Notes under the pieces: model-generated
What the model saw: the letters and a program-made list of their open reading frames with translations, nothing else
What the model was told of the DNA's origin: nothing
The model's database searches: none
Shown: positions 49,616 to 59,015 of the stretch, in pieces
Numbering within the stretch: the stretch's first letter is position 1
How the letters are laid out: every line of letters starts with the position of its first letter
Program-made: the position numbers and the translations under genes
DNA from: an uncultured Candidatus Actinomarina sp.
Lineage (GTDB): Bacteria > Actinomycetota > Acidimicrobiia > Actinomarinales > Actinomarinaceae
Assembly (NCBI GenBank): GCA_902634185.1
Contig: CACPJC010000003.1
Coordinates: 32,369-96,368 of the forward strand
Length of the DNA stretch: 64,000 nt
Direction: 5' to 3'

Positions 49616-52180
49616 TTATTCATCACCATCAGCGATTCCATCTGTGTCAGCATCTGAGCTTGCATTTGGGTCTAAAGGAAATGCATCTAAAGAGTCTAAT
49701 ACCCCATCACCATCATCATCTGTGTCTGATGAATTATCGATACCGTCTCCATCTGTATCAACAGCAGTTAGTTTCCATCTTCTCATAAATTCATCTTCAA
49801 ACATTACTATTCCTACTTCAGGGTTCACCCAAAAATTTAGTATCTGTAAAGACCGGTGAAATGAACTTGATGCACCAATACTAACTTGTGAATGAGTAAT
49901 TTTGTATGCATCGTATGCACCGTGAGGTGTAACAACTAACTCTTGATTTACATAATTTGTAAAATTCCAAGTATCGTAATAAGTAGTGCCAAAAGTGGAT
50001 GTATTTTCATATCTTGAAGAACAATCTGATTCATTATATTCACCTGTCTTCATGTAATGGTCAATGAATAGACAAGGATTTTGAAATTCTCTTTCAATAG
50101 AGCCGTCACTTGGTGTTGAACCGGCAAATATCTTTTCCCAACCAACAGTCTTTATAAAGTAATTACCATTGTTTATATAAAATAATATTCCAAATTTATG
50201 GTTAACATCGCCTGTATTAAATGGATTCACATAATTCATGTCACAATTTTGTGTATCACACCAGTAAAAAGTTTCGTATGTAGTTCCACCATCCTCAATA
50301 TCTGAGCCTTTTTCGACATACATTGTTTTTGTTGCAGAAGTAGTTTCAGAAATTGATTCTGTAAAGCTATATGACGATGAACCACCATCAATTAATGGAA
50401 AATATGCTTTTGATTTTATTGAATAACTTCCGATGTCAACGCCATAATTTGTAGATGGCCCAAATCTGTCATATTCATGTGCATATTCTTGCATTACTCT
50501 CGAAGCATCAGATTGATCATTTACTCCAGCACTTTGTGTGCCTTGTGTTCCATCATTTTGATAGTGGAAAGGAATGCCAAGATCATTTACTTCTGGAAAT
50601 CCAGCACATGTTAAATCTGGATTTGAATAAATTCCACAAAAAGCCATTCCATACCCTACGAGAGTTGAGAAAGGTTGGTCGCCTGTCTGATTATAAGCAT
50701 GTGCATAATCGGTAATTCCATCTCCTGTTGATCCAGGATTTGAACTTTGCTCTCTTGAATGTGCTATCCCCAAAGCATGTCCTAACTCATGTGGAAAGAG
50801 CTTGTTATTATATCTGTAATCCAAGCTTGTAACTTTGAAAACATTTCTCCTGTCTTTTGTTGTATCTCTATATAAATATGAAGAACTTCCCTCTCCAGGA
50901 AGGAGTGCACCTACAATATCAGCACCTTTTTTAACTTTAGTTTTGTGGACTTCTTGATCATATTGTAAAAAGTTTAAAATATTGCTACTTACGTCTGAGT
51001 AAGTCACATTCCAAGAATGGATATCCAAAACATTCATTTCCAAGTTAGTAATCTGACTATTCGCAAAAATCTCATTTTGATTTGTCTCTAACTGACCCTG
51101 AGCAAAAGAAAGCAATTCACTGGTAGTATCGTAATCGCTTGGTGCAGATCCAATTGTGTCATTGTGGTAAACAAGTAAAAGATCTATGGAAAATTTTTCT
51201 GATATATCTGTCACGTTAACTGTAAAATTTTTGCAAGATATTCCCAAACTGTCAGTCACATTTGCAGTTGCTGAATAACTTGTCTTTTGCTCATAGTCAG
51301 CATTTGTATTTAAAGTTATTACTCCGTTTGAATCAACCGACATAAGTCTTGAATCACTTCCAGTAATTGAGTAAGACAATGTGCCTGATCCCGTTGCTGA
51401 AATGGTATCAATAGATTTTTGATTTTCATTTATTGTTATTGGAGTAGTTAAATTAGTAATTGTTGGACCATTGCTACAGCTATCCTCAGAAGAATTTCCT
51501 GATCCAGTTCCACCAGTTCCACCAGTTCCAGGTGTTATTCCTGGGATGGGTTTTTCTATAAAATCAAAACCACTATTTTTTAATTGTTTATGTTCATCGC
51601 AGTCTCTATATGTAGTCCATTCACCTGCTGCATTCCATAAAGTTCCAACTTCTCCATGCCACATCTTTCCACCATCATCACAATCAATTTTCTCACTTAC
51701 TGTTTCCGTGATAATTTCATCAACCTCTGTGATAACTTCATCGACCTCTAAGAGATTTTGTTTTATTGGTCTATTTTCAAAAAAAGTACATTCTTTGTAA
51801 GCTAAATAGTCACCGCAATCTATAAATATAGCTTTGACCTCCATCTCACAATTGTTATAAGTTGTCATAGCTTTATGTGTTGAAGGTCCAATAATGCCAT
51901 CAACTCTAATCCCAATAAATCTTTGAAAATTTTTGATTGCTAGCCTAAGACTTTTTGTCATATAAGCTTCAATTTTTCCAGTGAAAAAACCTTCTTCATT
52001 CAGAAAATCATATAAATTACTAACTTCAAGAAAATTTACGTTACCGTAATTATTTTCAACACATTCCTGAGTAGTTTCATTAAAGACTGATTCAGTTACT
52101 TCGATTTGGGTTGGAAACATTAGAGTTGTAAAAATAATCAAAAATACAAAAATAAAACAAGTAAAAATTCTCCAACCCAT
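49616..52180 (-). CDS. secreted multidomain metzincin metalloprotease (PG-binding + cadherin-like + HExxHxxGxxH + Asp-rich Ca-binding repeats)
   Basis: Signal/TM anchor. PG_binding_1-like LAIKNFQRFIGIRVDGIIGPSTHKAM. Cadherin-like module. HELGHALGIAHS. C-terminal DTDGDGIDNSSDTDDDGDGVLD...DADTDGIADGDE. Confidence 0.7.
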   Translation of the reverse strand: MGWRIFTCFIFVFLIIFTTLMFPTQIEVTESVFNETTQECVENNYGNVNFLEVSNLYDFLNEEGFFTGKIEAYMTKSLRLAIKNFQRFIGIRVDGIIGPSTHKAMTTYNNCEMEVKAIFIDCGDYLAYKECTFFENRPIKQNLLEVDEVITEVDEIITETVSEKIDCDDGGKMWHGEVGTLWNAAGEWTTYRDCDEHKQLKNSGFDFIEKPIPGITPGTGGTGGTGSGNSSEDSCSNGPTITNLTTPITINENQKSIDTISATGSGTLSYSITGSDSRLMSVDSNGVITLNTNADYEQKTSYSATANVTDSLGISCKNFTVNVTDISEKFSIDLLLVYHNDTIGSAPSDYDTTSELLSFAQGQLETNQNEIFANSQITNLEMNVLDIHSWNVTYSDVSSNILNFLQYDQEVHKTKVKKGADIVGALLPGEGSSSYLYRDTTKDRRNVFKVTSLDYRYNNKLFPHELGHALGIAHSREQSSNPGSTGDGITDYAHAYNQTGDQPFSTLVGYGMAFCGIYSNPDLTCAGFPEVNDLGIPFHYQNDGTQGTQSAGVNDQSDASRVMQEYAHEYDRFGPSTNYGVDIGSYSIKSKAYFPLIDGGSSSYSFTESISETTSATKTMYVEKGSDIEDGGTTYETFYWCDTQNCDMNYVNPFNTGDVNHKFGILFYINNGNYFIKTVGWEKIFAGSTPSDGSIEREFQNPCLFIDHYMKTGEYNESDCSSRYENTSTFGTTYYDTWNFTNYVNQELVVTPHGAYDAYKITHSQVSIGASSSFHRSLQILNFWVNPEVGIVMFEDEFMRRWKLTAVDTDGDGIDNSSDTDDDGDGVLDSLDAFPLDPNASSDADTDGIADGDE

Positions 52181-52222
52181 AGAGAAAAATTCTAAGTTAT
52201 AAAATTTTCTATTTCAAATAAT

Positions 52223-52669
52223 TTAAGTCAGTTTTTGTTTGACTATTTTACTTACGACCGAACCATCTATGCCGTCACCTTTTGCCATAACTGCACCAAT
52301 TACTCTTCCCATTTGAGAAATATCAACGTCACCTAATTCAGAAAGGACCTCATCAACAATTTTTTCAACTTCCTCTTCACCAAGTTGTTCTGGTAAATAG
52401 GTACTTAGAAAATCAATCTCAAATTGTATTTTGTCCGCCATCTCTTGACCCCTTTCGCCCAAAGATTGATATTCTTCAACAGCTTTTATCATTTTTTTAA
52501 CATATGAAGAGATCACTCCAAGTACAAGGTCGTCATTTACTTCTTCGCCTTTTTCAGCTTTCTTTTTTGCAATCTCTGTTTGGATTTGTCTAATAGCATC
52601 AAGTTTGGGTTTATCTTTTGCCTTCATTGCATCTTTTAATGCTGAGCTTAAGTCATCTGCTAGTGCCAT
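52223..52669 (-). CDS. GatB/YqeY domain protein
   Basis: 148 aa. LSSALKDAMKAKDKPKLDAIRQI matches the YqeY N-terminus. Confidence 0.75.
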   Translation of the reverse strand: MALADDLSSALKDAMKAKDKPKLDAIRQIQTEIAKKKAEKGEEVNDDLVLGVISSYVKKMIKAVEEYQSLGERGQEMADKIQFEIDFLSTYLPEQLGEEEVEKIVDEVLSELGDVDISQMGRVIGAVMAKGDGIDGSVVSKIVKQKLT

Positions 52670-52688
52670 AATTTTCTATCCTATCTAG

Positions 52689-53327
52689 TTAAAGTTTATC
52701 ACCAATATCAGTGACCACACCATAAACTCCTGTATTTAAAATATTATCTATTTCATCTTTATCATTAACTGTCCACACAACACATTTATCTTTTGGTAGG
52801 TCAAACTTTCTAGAATGAAAAATATCTTTCTGGATCATAAACATTAAATTATCATCTAAATTCGAAATAGATTTGCTTTCGAATAATTGATTTTCTTCAT
52901 CAATCAAAATACCATATCTTGAATTAAATTTTTCTCTGTTGCTTAAAATTGTTCCCCAATCAAATGAAGAAACAATATCATCAGGATTTGTTAACTCAAT
53001 AATTTTTTCTACAAAGATGGTGTTTAGAGTTTCTTGTTTATTGTTTACTTTTAATTCAAAATTTACATCTCCCAATATTTGATCTCTAGATGTTAAATGA
53101 TTATCACTTAGGTCAGTACTTTTAATGTCTGATATCTCTTGTAATGACAAATCTTCAATTTCTTGATTATTAATTGTCGAATCATGAAAAAGAATTAACT
53201 CTTCATCTTTTGTTATCCGTACATCTGTTTCAACGAAATCACATATTTCAAGGGCTTTATTGAGACTCAAAAAGGTGTTTTCAGGGTATAAATTGGGTAA
53301 ACCTCTATGACCAAAAATTTTTTTCAA
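52689..53327 (-). CDS. glycerophosphodiester phosphodiesterase family protein
   Basis: N-terminal FGHRGLPNLYPENT (HR...EN catalytic motif of GDPD). Confidence 0.7.
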   Translation of the reverse strand: MKKIFGHRGLPNLYPENTFLSLNKALEICDFVETDVRITKDEELILFHDSTINNQEIEDLSLQEISDIKSTDLSDNHLTSRDQILGDVNFELKVNNKQETLNTIFVEKIIELTNPDDIVSSFDWGTILSNREKFNSRYGILIDEENQLFESKSISNLDDNLMFMIQKDIFHSRKFDLPKDKCVVWTVNDKDEIDNILNTGVYGVVTDIGDKL

Positions 53328-53374
53328 AAATACTTCCTTATATTTCCAATTTTAGTACAATTAATTCACTAGAT

Positions 53375-53390
53375 TGTGAAACATTTCACA
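53375..53390 (+). promoter_or_regulatory. CRP/GlxR-type operator TGTGA-N6-TCACA (within the perfect 18-bp palindrome TTGTGAAACATTTCACAA)
   Basis: Lies in the divergent GDPD/whiB intergenic region. Ends 14 nt before the whiB GTG start and just upstream of its AAGGAA Shine-Dalgarno. Confidence 0.45.
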
Positions 53391-53404
53391 AAGTAAGGAA
53401 TAAA

Positions 53405-53689
53405 GTGCAAATAGTAAATTTTGACTTAGAACAAGAACTTTGGATGCAGGAGGGTGCATGCGTTTTTGCTGATCCTGACCTGTTTTTTCCAGTAGGTTCT
53501 TCTATGAAAGCATTAAAACAAGCTGCTGAGGCTAAGGCAATTTGTAATGAGTGTGACGTAAAAATTGAATGTTTAGAATATGCTATTAGAACAAATCAAG
53601 ACTCTGGTGTTTGGGGTGGAACAACAGAGGACGAGAGAAAATCAATTAGAAGAGAGTATAAAAAAACAGGTACTCTTGTAACTTCCTAA
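53405..53689 (+). CDS. whiB: WhiB-family redox-sensing transcription factor
   Basis: Four Cys (C..C..C..C pattern: CVFADPD...CNEC...C). GVWGG turn. Basic C-terminus. GTG start. Confidence 0.85.
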   Translation: MQIVNFDLEQELWMQEGACVFADPDLFFPVGSSMKALKQAAEAKAICNECDVKIECLEYAIRTNQDSGVWGGTTEDERKSIRREYKKTGTLVTS

Positions 53690-53910
53690 ACTAAGCCAGC
53701 TTCCCTTTTATCGGTATCATCAACAAATTCAATGGAATGTATTTGTTTAGCGTTGATTCCAATCTCACCGTCTTCATCTTTAATCCAATACATTCCACCA
53801 TTTTGGATTAATTCTTCAATTTCTTTTGTAAATTTCTTCTTATCATCAACTTCGGTTTGAAATTCCTTCATTGAACCAAGTAGTGCGATTTTTACTTTTT
53901 GCTTAGCCAC
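53686..53910 (-). CDS. small conserved actinobacterial protein (DUF3107-like)
   Basis: 74 aa. VKIAL..S.KEF...VDD....EIEELI.NGG...I.DEDG.EIGINA..I.SIEFVD fits the DUF3107 pattern. Confidence 0.4.
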   Translation of the reverse strand: MAKQKVKIALLGSMKEFQTEVDDKKKFTKEIEELIQNGGMYWIKDEDGEIGINAKQIHSIEFVDDTDKREAGLV

Positions 53911-53919
53911 TATATCTCC

Positions 53920-54897
53920 TTATAAAACGTTTTCACCCATAAAAATTGCGGAGACAGAATCGTCCGCAAAAATAGATGTTAGTGCCGTTGCAATAATAGA
54001 GGAAACGGAGAGAATGTTTACATTTCCGATTTTTTCGATATTCCCATTTTGTTTAAGTGTGTCTGTTACGACGATTTCTTCTATAGGGGTATCTTGAAGT
54101 TTCTCGACACTTTCATCAGAAAAAATTCCGTGAGTTGCTGCTACGCTCACAGACTTTGCACCTCTCTCAATTAGAGCTCTTGATGCAGCAGCAATTGTGC
54201 CTCCTGTATCAATTATGTCATCAAATAATATTGCGTGTCGATCCTCAACTTCACCGATGACAGTAAATGCCTTTACTTCGTTATGTATCTTTGGATCTCT
54301 CTTCTTGTGTACAAAACCAACATAAGCCTCCATATTTTTAGCAAAAGTTGTAGCTCTTCTCACTCCTCCAGCGTCTGGGGAAATTATTGTTATAGGCTCT
54401 TGAAATTTTTCTTTAAAGTAATTTACAAATAATGGCATAGCTGTCAAATGATCGAATGGCTGATCAACAAATCCTTGAATCTGTTGTGTGTGTAAATCAA
54501 TTGAGACTATCCTGTCTGCTCCTGCTGCAATAAATAGGTCGGCAACTAATCGAGCAGATATTGGCTCTCTAGGTAATGCTTTTTTATCCTGTCTTGAATA
54601 TGGGTAAAACGGAAGTACAGCAGTGATTCTTTTTGCAGATGCTCTTTTTAAGGCATCTACAAGTAAAAGCTGCTCCATTATTGTAAAGTTAACTTGGCCC
54701 GAATGGCTTTGCATTACAAAACAATCAGCACCTCTTACACTTTCTTGTAAACGTATATAAATTTCTCCATTTGCAAATTGAGTCTTATCTACTTCAGCAA
54801 GTTCAGTTCCTAGTTCTTTTGCAACTTTATCGGCTAATTCAGGATTTGATGAACCTGAAAATATGAGCATTTTCTTTTTACCAGCTCTCTCAATCAT
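53920..54897 (-). CDS. prs: ribose-phosphate pyrophosphokinase
   Basis: PRPP-binding DDIIDTGGT. 325 aa. Confidence 0.9.
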   Translation of the reverse strand: MIERAGKKKMLIFSGSSNPELADKVAKELGTELAEVDKTQFANGEIYIRLQESVRGADCFVMQSHSGQVNFTIMEQLLLVDALKRASAKRITAVLPFYPYSRQDKKALPREPISARLVADLFIAAGADRIVSIDLHTQQIQGFVDQPFDHLTAMPLFVNYFKEKFQEPITIISPDAGGVRRATTFAKNMEAYVGFVHKKRDPKIHNEVKAFTVIGEVEDRHAILFDDIIDTGGTIAAASRALIERGAKSVSVAATHGIFSDESVEKLQDTPIEEIVVTDTLKQNGNIEKIGNVNILSVSSIIATALTSIFADDSVSAIFMGENVL

Positions 54898-56267
54898 TTC
54901 TTTCCTTTTTTATTTTTTCGATCCATATAGCCCTCAATATTTTTCTGATCATTTCTTTCAATACCAAGAGCTCCTGGAGGAATATCTTTTGTAATTACAG
55001 ATCCAGCACCCACCATAGCTCCCTCACCAATGGTCACGGGAGCAACAAGCATTGTATCTGAACCTACAAATGCATTTTTCTTTATCTCAGTTTTATGTTT
55101 TTCTTTACCGTCATAATTAACAGTTATTGCTCCGGCTGAAAAATTTACATTTTCTTCTAATTCTGCATCTCCAACATAAGCAAGATGGGGTACTTTACTG
55201 CCTTTTCCAATTTTTGAATTTTTTGTTTCTGCAAAAGCTCCAACTTTCACATTTTCATCAAGAATAGATCCCTTTCTTAAATGAGCATAAGGACCAATTG
55301 TTGCCTTGCCTTTTATTTCTGCTTCATCGATCACTGAAAATTGAACGACAGAACCCTCGCCTATTTTTGAATCATTAATTATGGAGTTTGGTCCTATGAC
55401 ACAATCCTTTTCAATACTTGTTTTTCCCGTTAAATGACAATTAGCTAAAATTCTCGATCCGGAGGCTATCTCCACAGACTTATCTATATATGTTGAATTT
55501 GGATCTTGAAAATATACACCATTTTCCATGTGGGATTCAATTAGTTCTTTCCGAAGCGTGTTCTCAACATCATTCAGCTGACTCATGGAATTTATACCTT
55601 GTATTGAATCTTCATTTACTTGTACTATAACCCTTTCAAGATTGTTTTGAAAAGCTATATTTATTAAATCTGTAAGATAAAATTCTTTTTGATTATTTGA
55701 ACTTTCTAAACTCCCGATATTTGAATTTAGGAAACTTATATCTATGCAATATATTCCAGAATTAATTTCATTGATTTGTTTCTCAGTTTCATTTGCATCG
55801 GATTCTTCAATTATCTTTTCAAACTCTTTATTATTTTTTACAATTCTTCCATACCCAAACGGGTTTTTAACTTTTGCCGAAATTAATCCGATTGCAGCTT
55901 TATTTTCTATGACATCATTTACTAATTTATCTAGCTCGTTCTTTCTTATCAGAGGAACATCGCCTGGAATTACTACTAAGTATTGACTGTTATCACTTTC
56001 AAACTCGCTGCTCTCTAATAATGTAGAAATTGCGTGACCTGTACCAAGTTGTTCTTTTTGTACTACCGGAATAAAATTCTCAAATATGGTTGAGGATACT
56101 TTTTCTGATTGATGTCCAACAACTACATATTTGCTATCAAAATGACTAATTGCTTCTTGAGCATAATCAATCATTGGAATGCCAAGTACGTTATGAAGAA
56201 CTTTTGGAAGGGAGGACTTCATTCTTGTTCCCTGACCAGCAGCTAAAATTACACCTGAAATACTCAT
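54894..56267 (-). CDS. glmU: bifunctional UDP-GlcNAc pyrophosphorylase / GlcN-1-P acetyltransferase
   Basis: N-terminal LAAGQGTRMKSSLPKVLH. C-terminal left-handed beta-helix hexapeptide repeats. Confidence 0.9.
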   Translation of the reverse strand: MSISGVILAAGQGTRMKSSLPKVLHNVLGIPMIDYAQEAISHFDSKYVVVGHQSEKVSSTIFENFIPVVQKEQLGTGHAISTLLESSEFESDNSQYLVVIPGDVPLIRKNELDKLVNDVIENKAAIGLISAKVKNPFGYGRIVKNNKEFEKIIEESDANETEKQINEINSGIYCIDISFLNSNIGSLESSNNQKEFYLTDLINIAFQNNLERVIVQVNEDSIQGINSMSQLNDVENTLRKELIESHMENGVYFQDPNSTYIDKSVEIASGSRILANCHLTGKTSIEKDCVIGPNSIINDSKIGEGSVVQFSVIDEAEIKGKATIGPYAHLRKGSILDENVKVGAFAETKNSKIGKGSKVPHLAYVGDAELEENVNFSAGAITVNYDGKEKHKTEIKKNAFVGSDTMLVAPVTIGEGAMVGAGSVITKDIPPGALGIERNDQKNIEGYMDRKNKKGKK

Positions 56268-56275
56268 TTAATTTT

Positions 56276-56350
56276 TGGCTGGGGGAGAAGGACTCGAACC
56301 CTCAACGTTGGGACCAAAACCCAATGTGTTGCCAATTACACCATCCCCCA
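56276..56350 (-). tRNA. tRNA-Gln (anticodon UUG)
   Basis: The reverse complement folds as a cloverleaf. Acceptor TGGGGGA/TCCCCCA. D-stem GTGT/ACAC. Anticodon stem TTGGG/CCCAA with loop TTTTGGT. T-loop TTCGAGT. 3' GCCA. Confidence 0.85.
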
Positions 56351-56365
56351 ATACTTGTCTTAATT

Positions 56366-57190
56366 CTAATCTGAAATTGTTTCCAAACTAAAATCAATTT
56401 TTTTTACTATTTTTACAATTCTAAATTGGTTCTCATCTATAAGGTCAAACTTTTTTTGTAAGTTATCCAAAGTGCCAAGACAAAACATCGAGCTACCACT
56501 CCCCGACAAAAAGAATTCTTCATCTGTTGATGATTCTAAGTAATCTTTAATTTTTATTAAATTGGGTTCAATTATTGTTGATGGATTCCAGAAGTCGTTA
56601 AATATTTTTATATCTTTATACGTATTTACTAAAGTTGAAGTATTTTTTAATCGATCAAACTCTAAAAATGCTTTTGCAGTTGAAACAATTTCATTAGGTA
56701 CCACAAGCAACATATTCAATTCAATATCAATTTTTTTTGGCTCGATAATATCACCGATTCCTGTTACAAACGCTGGTTGTCCATTAATAAAGAAAGGTAC
56801 ATCGCTACCAATTTTTTGAACAACATCTTCATTGGATGGAATAGATAGGTTATATACTTCTGACAACTTCGACAATAACGCTCCTGCATTGGAACTACCG
56901 CCTCCAAGGCCCGATTCTGTTGGAATATTCTTAGTTATATTTATTTCAAAAAATTTAGAAAAATCATTTATTTCGCGTAATAAGTTTAAAGATTTAGATA
57001 CAGTATTATTTTCTGGGATATTCATTGAGTCGAAAGTAATAATATCTTTATCATTCTTAATCTCTTTTATTTCAATAACATCATAAAGATCTATTGGAAC
57101 GATTAAAGACTCAATTTTGTGAAGTCCATTAACTAATTCGTCTAACACTCTCAGGTTTAGATTTATTTTTCCAAAGGATTTAATTTTCAT
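56366..57190 (-). CDS. ispE: 4-diphosphocytidyl-2-C-methyl-D-erythritol kinase
   Basis: MKIKSFGKINLNLRV. GHMP kinase motif PTESGLGGGSSNAGA. Confidence 0.85.
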   Translation of the reverse strand: MKIKSFGKINLNLRVLDELVNGLHKIESLIVPIDLYDVIEIKEIKNDKDIITFDSMNIPENNTVSKSLNLLREINDFSKFFEINITKNIPTESGLGGGSSNAGALLSKLSEVYNLSIPSNEDVVQKIGSDVPFFINGQPAFVTGIGDIIEPKKIDIELNMLLVVPNEIVSTAKAFLEFDRLKNTSTLVNTYKDIKIFNDFWNPSTIIEPNLIKIKDYLESSTDEEFFLSGSGSSMFCLGTLDNLQKKFDLIDENQFRIVKIVKKIDFSLETISD

Positions 57191-57978
57191 TGTATGCTTT
57201 CTGCAATTGCTAAATAATCTTCAGGAGTTAACTCCTGTGGTCTTAAATCTAGATTTAACGATAATTTCACAGCCATATCCTCATCAATATACTCACTTAA
57301 GGCTGATTTAATTTTTTTTCTCTTTTGTTGAAATGCAACTTTTGAGATTTCAAAAGCTTTTAATCTTAATGCTTCATCAACAAGTGTCTCTCTTTGGATT
57401 GTTACAACTGTTGATAAAATTTTTGGTTTTGGTTCGAAACAGTTTTTACTTACATTGAACTGAATTTTTGTACTAGTAAATAATGACGTAAGAACAGAAA
57501 GAGAACCATATTGTTTAGTGTTTGGCATTGCTACCATTCTTTCGGCGACTTCATCCTGTAGCATTACAACATATCGATGTATTTGAGGAACTTCAGTAAT
57601 CAGCTTAACCAACAATCTTGTTCCAATATTATATGGTAAATTACCGACCATAATCCACCAAGGGCCTGATAATTGCTTATAATCATAATCCATTGCGTCT
57701 TCATGAATTACCTCTATGTTTGGTACTTCTCCGAATCTTTCAATAAGAAGATTGACTAATTCTTTATCAATTTCTACAGCTTTAATTCTGTAATTATCTT
57801 TTAGTAATTCATTAGTAAGTGATCCTGTTCCTGGCCCAATCTCTATAATTGGATCGGCTAATTGACCTTGGACAAGTTTCGTAATCTTCCTAGAAATATT
57901 TGTATCAATTAAAAAGTTTTGCCCTAAATTCTTTTTTGGTTTTATATTTAATTTGTTAATCCAAAATACTTCGCTCAA
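57187..57978 (-). CDS. rsmA: 16S rRNA (adenine1518/1519-N6)-dimethyltransferase
   Basis: LGQNFLID. SAM motif IEIGPGTGSLT. NLPYNI. Confidence 0.9.
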   Translation of the reverse strand: MSEVFWINKLNIKPKKNLGQNFLIDTNISRKITKLVQGQLADPIIEIGPGTGSLTNELLKDNYRIKAVEIDKELVNLLIERFGEVPNIEVIHEDAMDYDYKQLSGPWWIMVGNLPYNIGTRLLVKLITEVPQIHRYVVMLQDEVAERMVAMPNTKQYGSLSVLTSLFTSTKIQFNVSKNCFEPKPKILSTVVTIQRETLVDEALRLKAFEISKVAFQQKRKKIKSALSEYIDEDMAVKLSLNLDLRPQELTPEDYLAIAESIQ

Positions 57979-58748
57979 GATTGCCTCTTTAATAACTCTC
58001 TGGAATTTCTAATTGTAATTTCGGATAATTTTTTTTCATCTATATCTAATAGACTCGATATTTTTGATGCTGTGTGCTCTATAAAATTTGGTCTATTTTC
58101 TTCTCCCTTTAATGGCATAGGTGTCAAGTATGGTGTGTCTGTTTCTAGTAGTAACCTATTAGTAGGTATCTCTTGTACAGATAACTGTAAATCTTTTGCA
58201 GTTTCATAAGTTACTATTCCAGAAATTGAAAAGTAAACATCTAATTCTCTAAATCGTTTTGTCCATTTTCTACCCCCTGTCCAGGAATGTAAAATAACCG
58301 ATGAAGGGTTATTAAACTCAACTAATAAATCGTAAGTATCTCGAAAACTATCACGGCAGTGAATAATAATTGGTTTATTTAATTGTTTAGAAAATTCTAA
58401 GTGGAACAAAAAGTTTTCTCTCTGTTCCTCTTTGGTGGACAAATTTCTATAAAAATCAAGACCTGTTTCTCCAATTAAATCTGCTTCTACAAAAAGCTTT
58501 TCAAGATCGTGTTTTTGAGTATCTAAAAGTTTTGCGTCATGAGGATGCAGACCAGCAGACCAGTAACTTTCTACTTCTAATGATGAACTTATCTCTTTTG
58601 CCTTTGAAGATGATTCAACATCAACTCCGGGTATTATTAAAAATTCAATATTCTTGTAATGATTTTCGTCCAAATTTTTGTTTAATAATTGTAAATGACA
58701 ATGGGTATCAACCCACTTGATTTCCATAAATGATTGCGATTTATTCAC
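57975..58748 (-). CDS. tatD: TatD-family metal-dependent deoxyribonuclease
   Basis: VDTHCHL. GETGLDF. HCRD motifs. Confidence 0.85.
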   Translation of the reverse strand: MNKSQSFMEIKWVDTHCHLQLLNKNLDENHYKNIEFLIIPGVDVESSSKAKEISSSLEVESYWSAGLHPHDAKLLDTQKHDLEKLFVEADLIGETGLDFYRNLSTKEEQRENFLFHLEFSKQLNKPIIIHCRDSFRDTYDLLVEFNNPSSVILHSWTGGRKWTKRFRELDVYFSISGIVTYETAKDLQLSVQEIPTNRLLLETDTPYLTPMPLKGEENRPNFIEHTASKISSLLDIDEKKLSEITIRNSRELLKRQS

Positions 58749-59015
58749 TACTATAAGAATAGGAGTATTAAAAATATGGTCAAAGGTAATAAATCTAAGA
58801 TAGACAACCTAGGGAGGGTTGTAATACCTAAATCTATTCGAAAAGCTCTTAATGTTGAACACAATGATGAAATATCTATGCATGTGGAAAATCAAGCATT
58901 AATAATTACGAAAAATAATAACGTTTGCACAATATGTGTAAAAGAAAAAATTGAAATACAAATTAAAGATAAATATTTATGTAAAAGCTGTGTGGAGACA
59001 ATTAAAGGTTTTTAA
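58734..59015 (+). CDS. AbrB/MazE/SpoVT-type DNA-binding protein with C-terminal CxxC...CxxC zinc ribbon
   Basis: LGRVVIPKSIRKALNV..DEISMHVEN matches a swapped-hairpin barrel. C-terminal CTICV...CKSCV. Sandwiched between tatD and rsmI on the opposite strand. Confidence 0.45.
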   Translation: MRFIHYYKNRSIKNMVKGNKSKIDNLGRVVIPKSIRKALNVEHNDEISMHVENQALIITKNNNVCTICVKEKIEIQIKDKYLCKSCVETIKGF

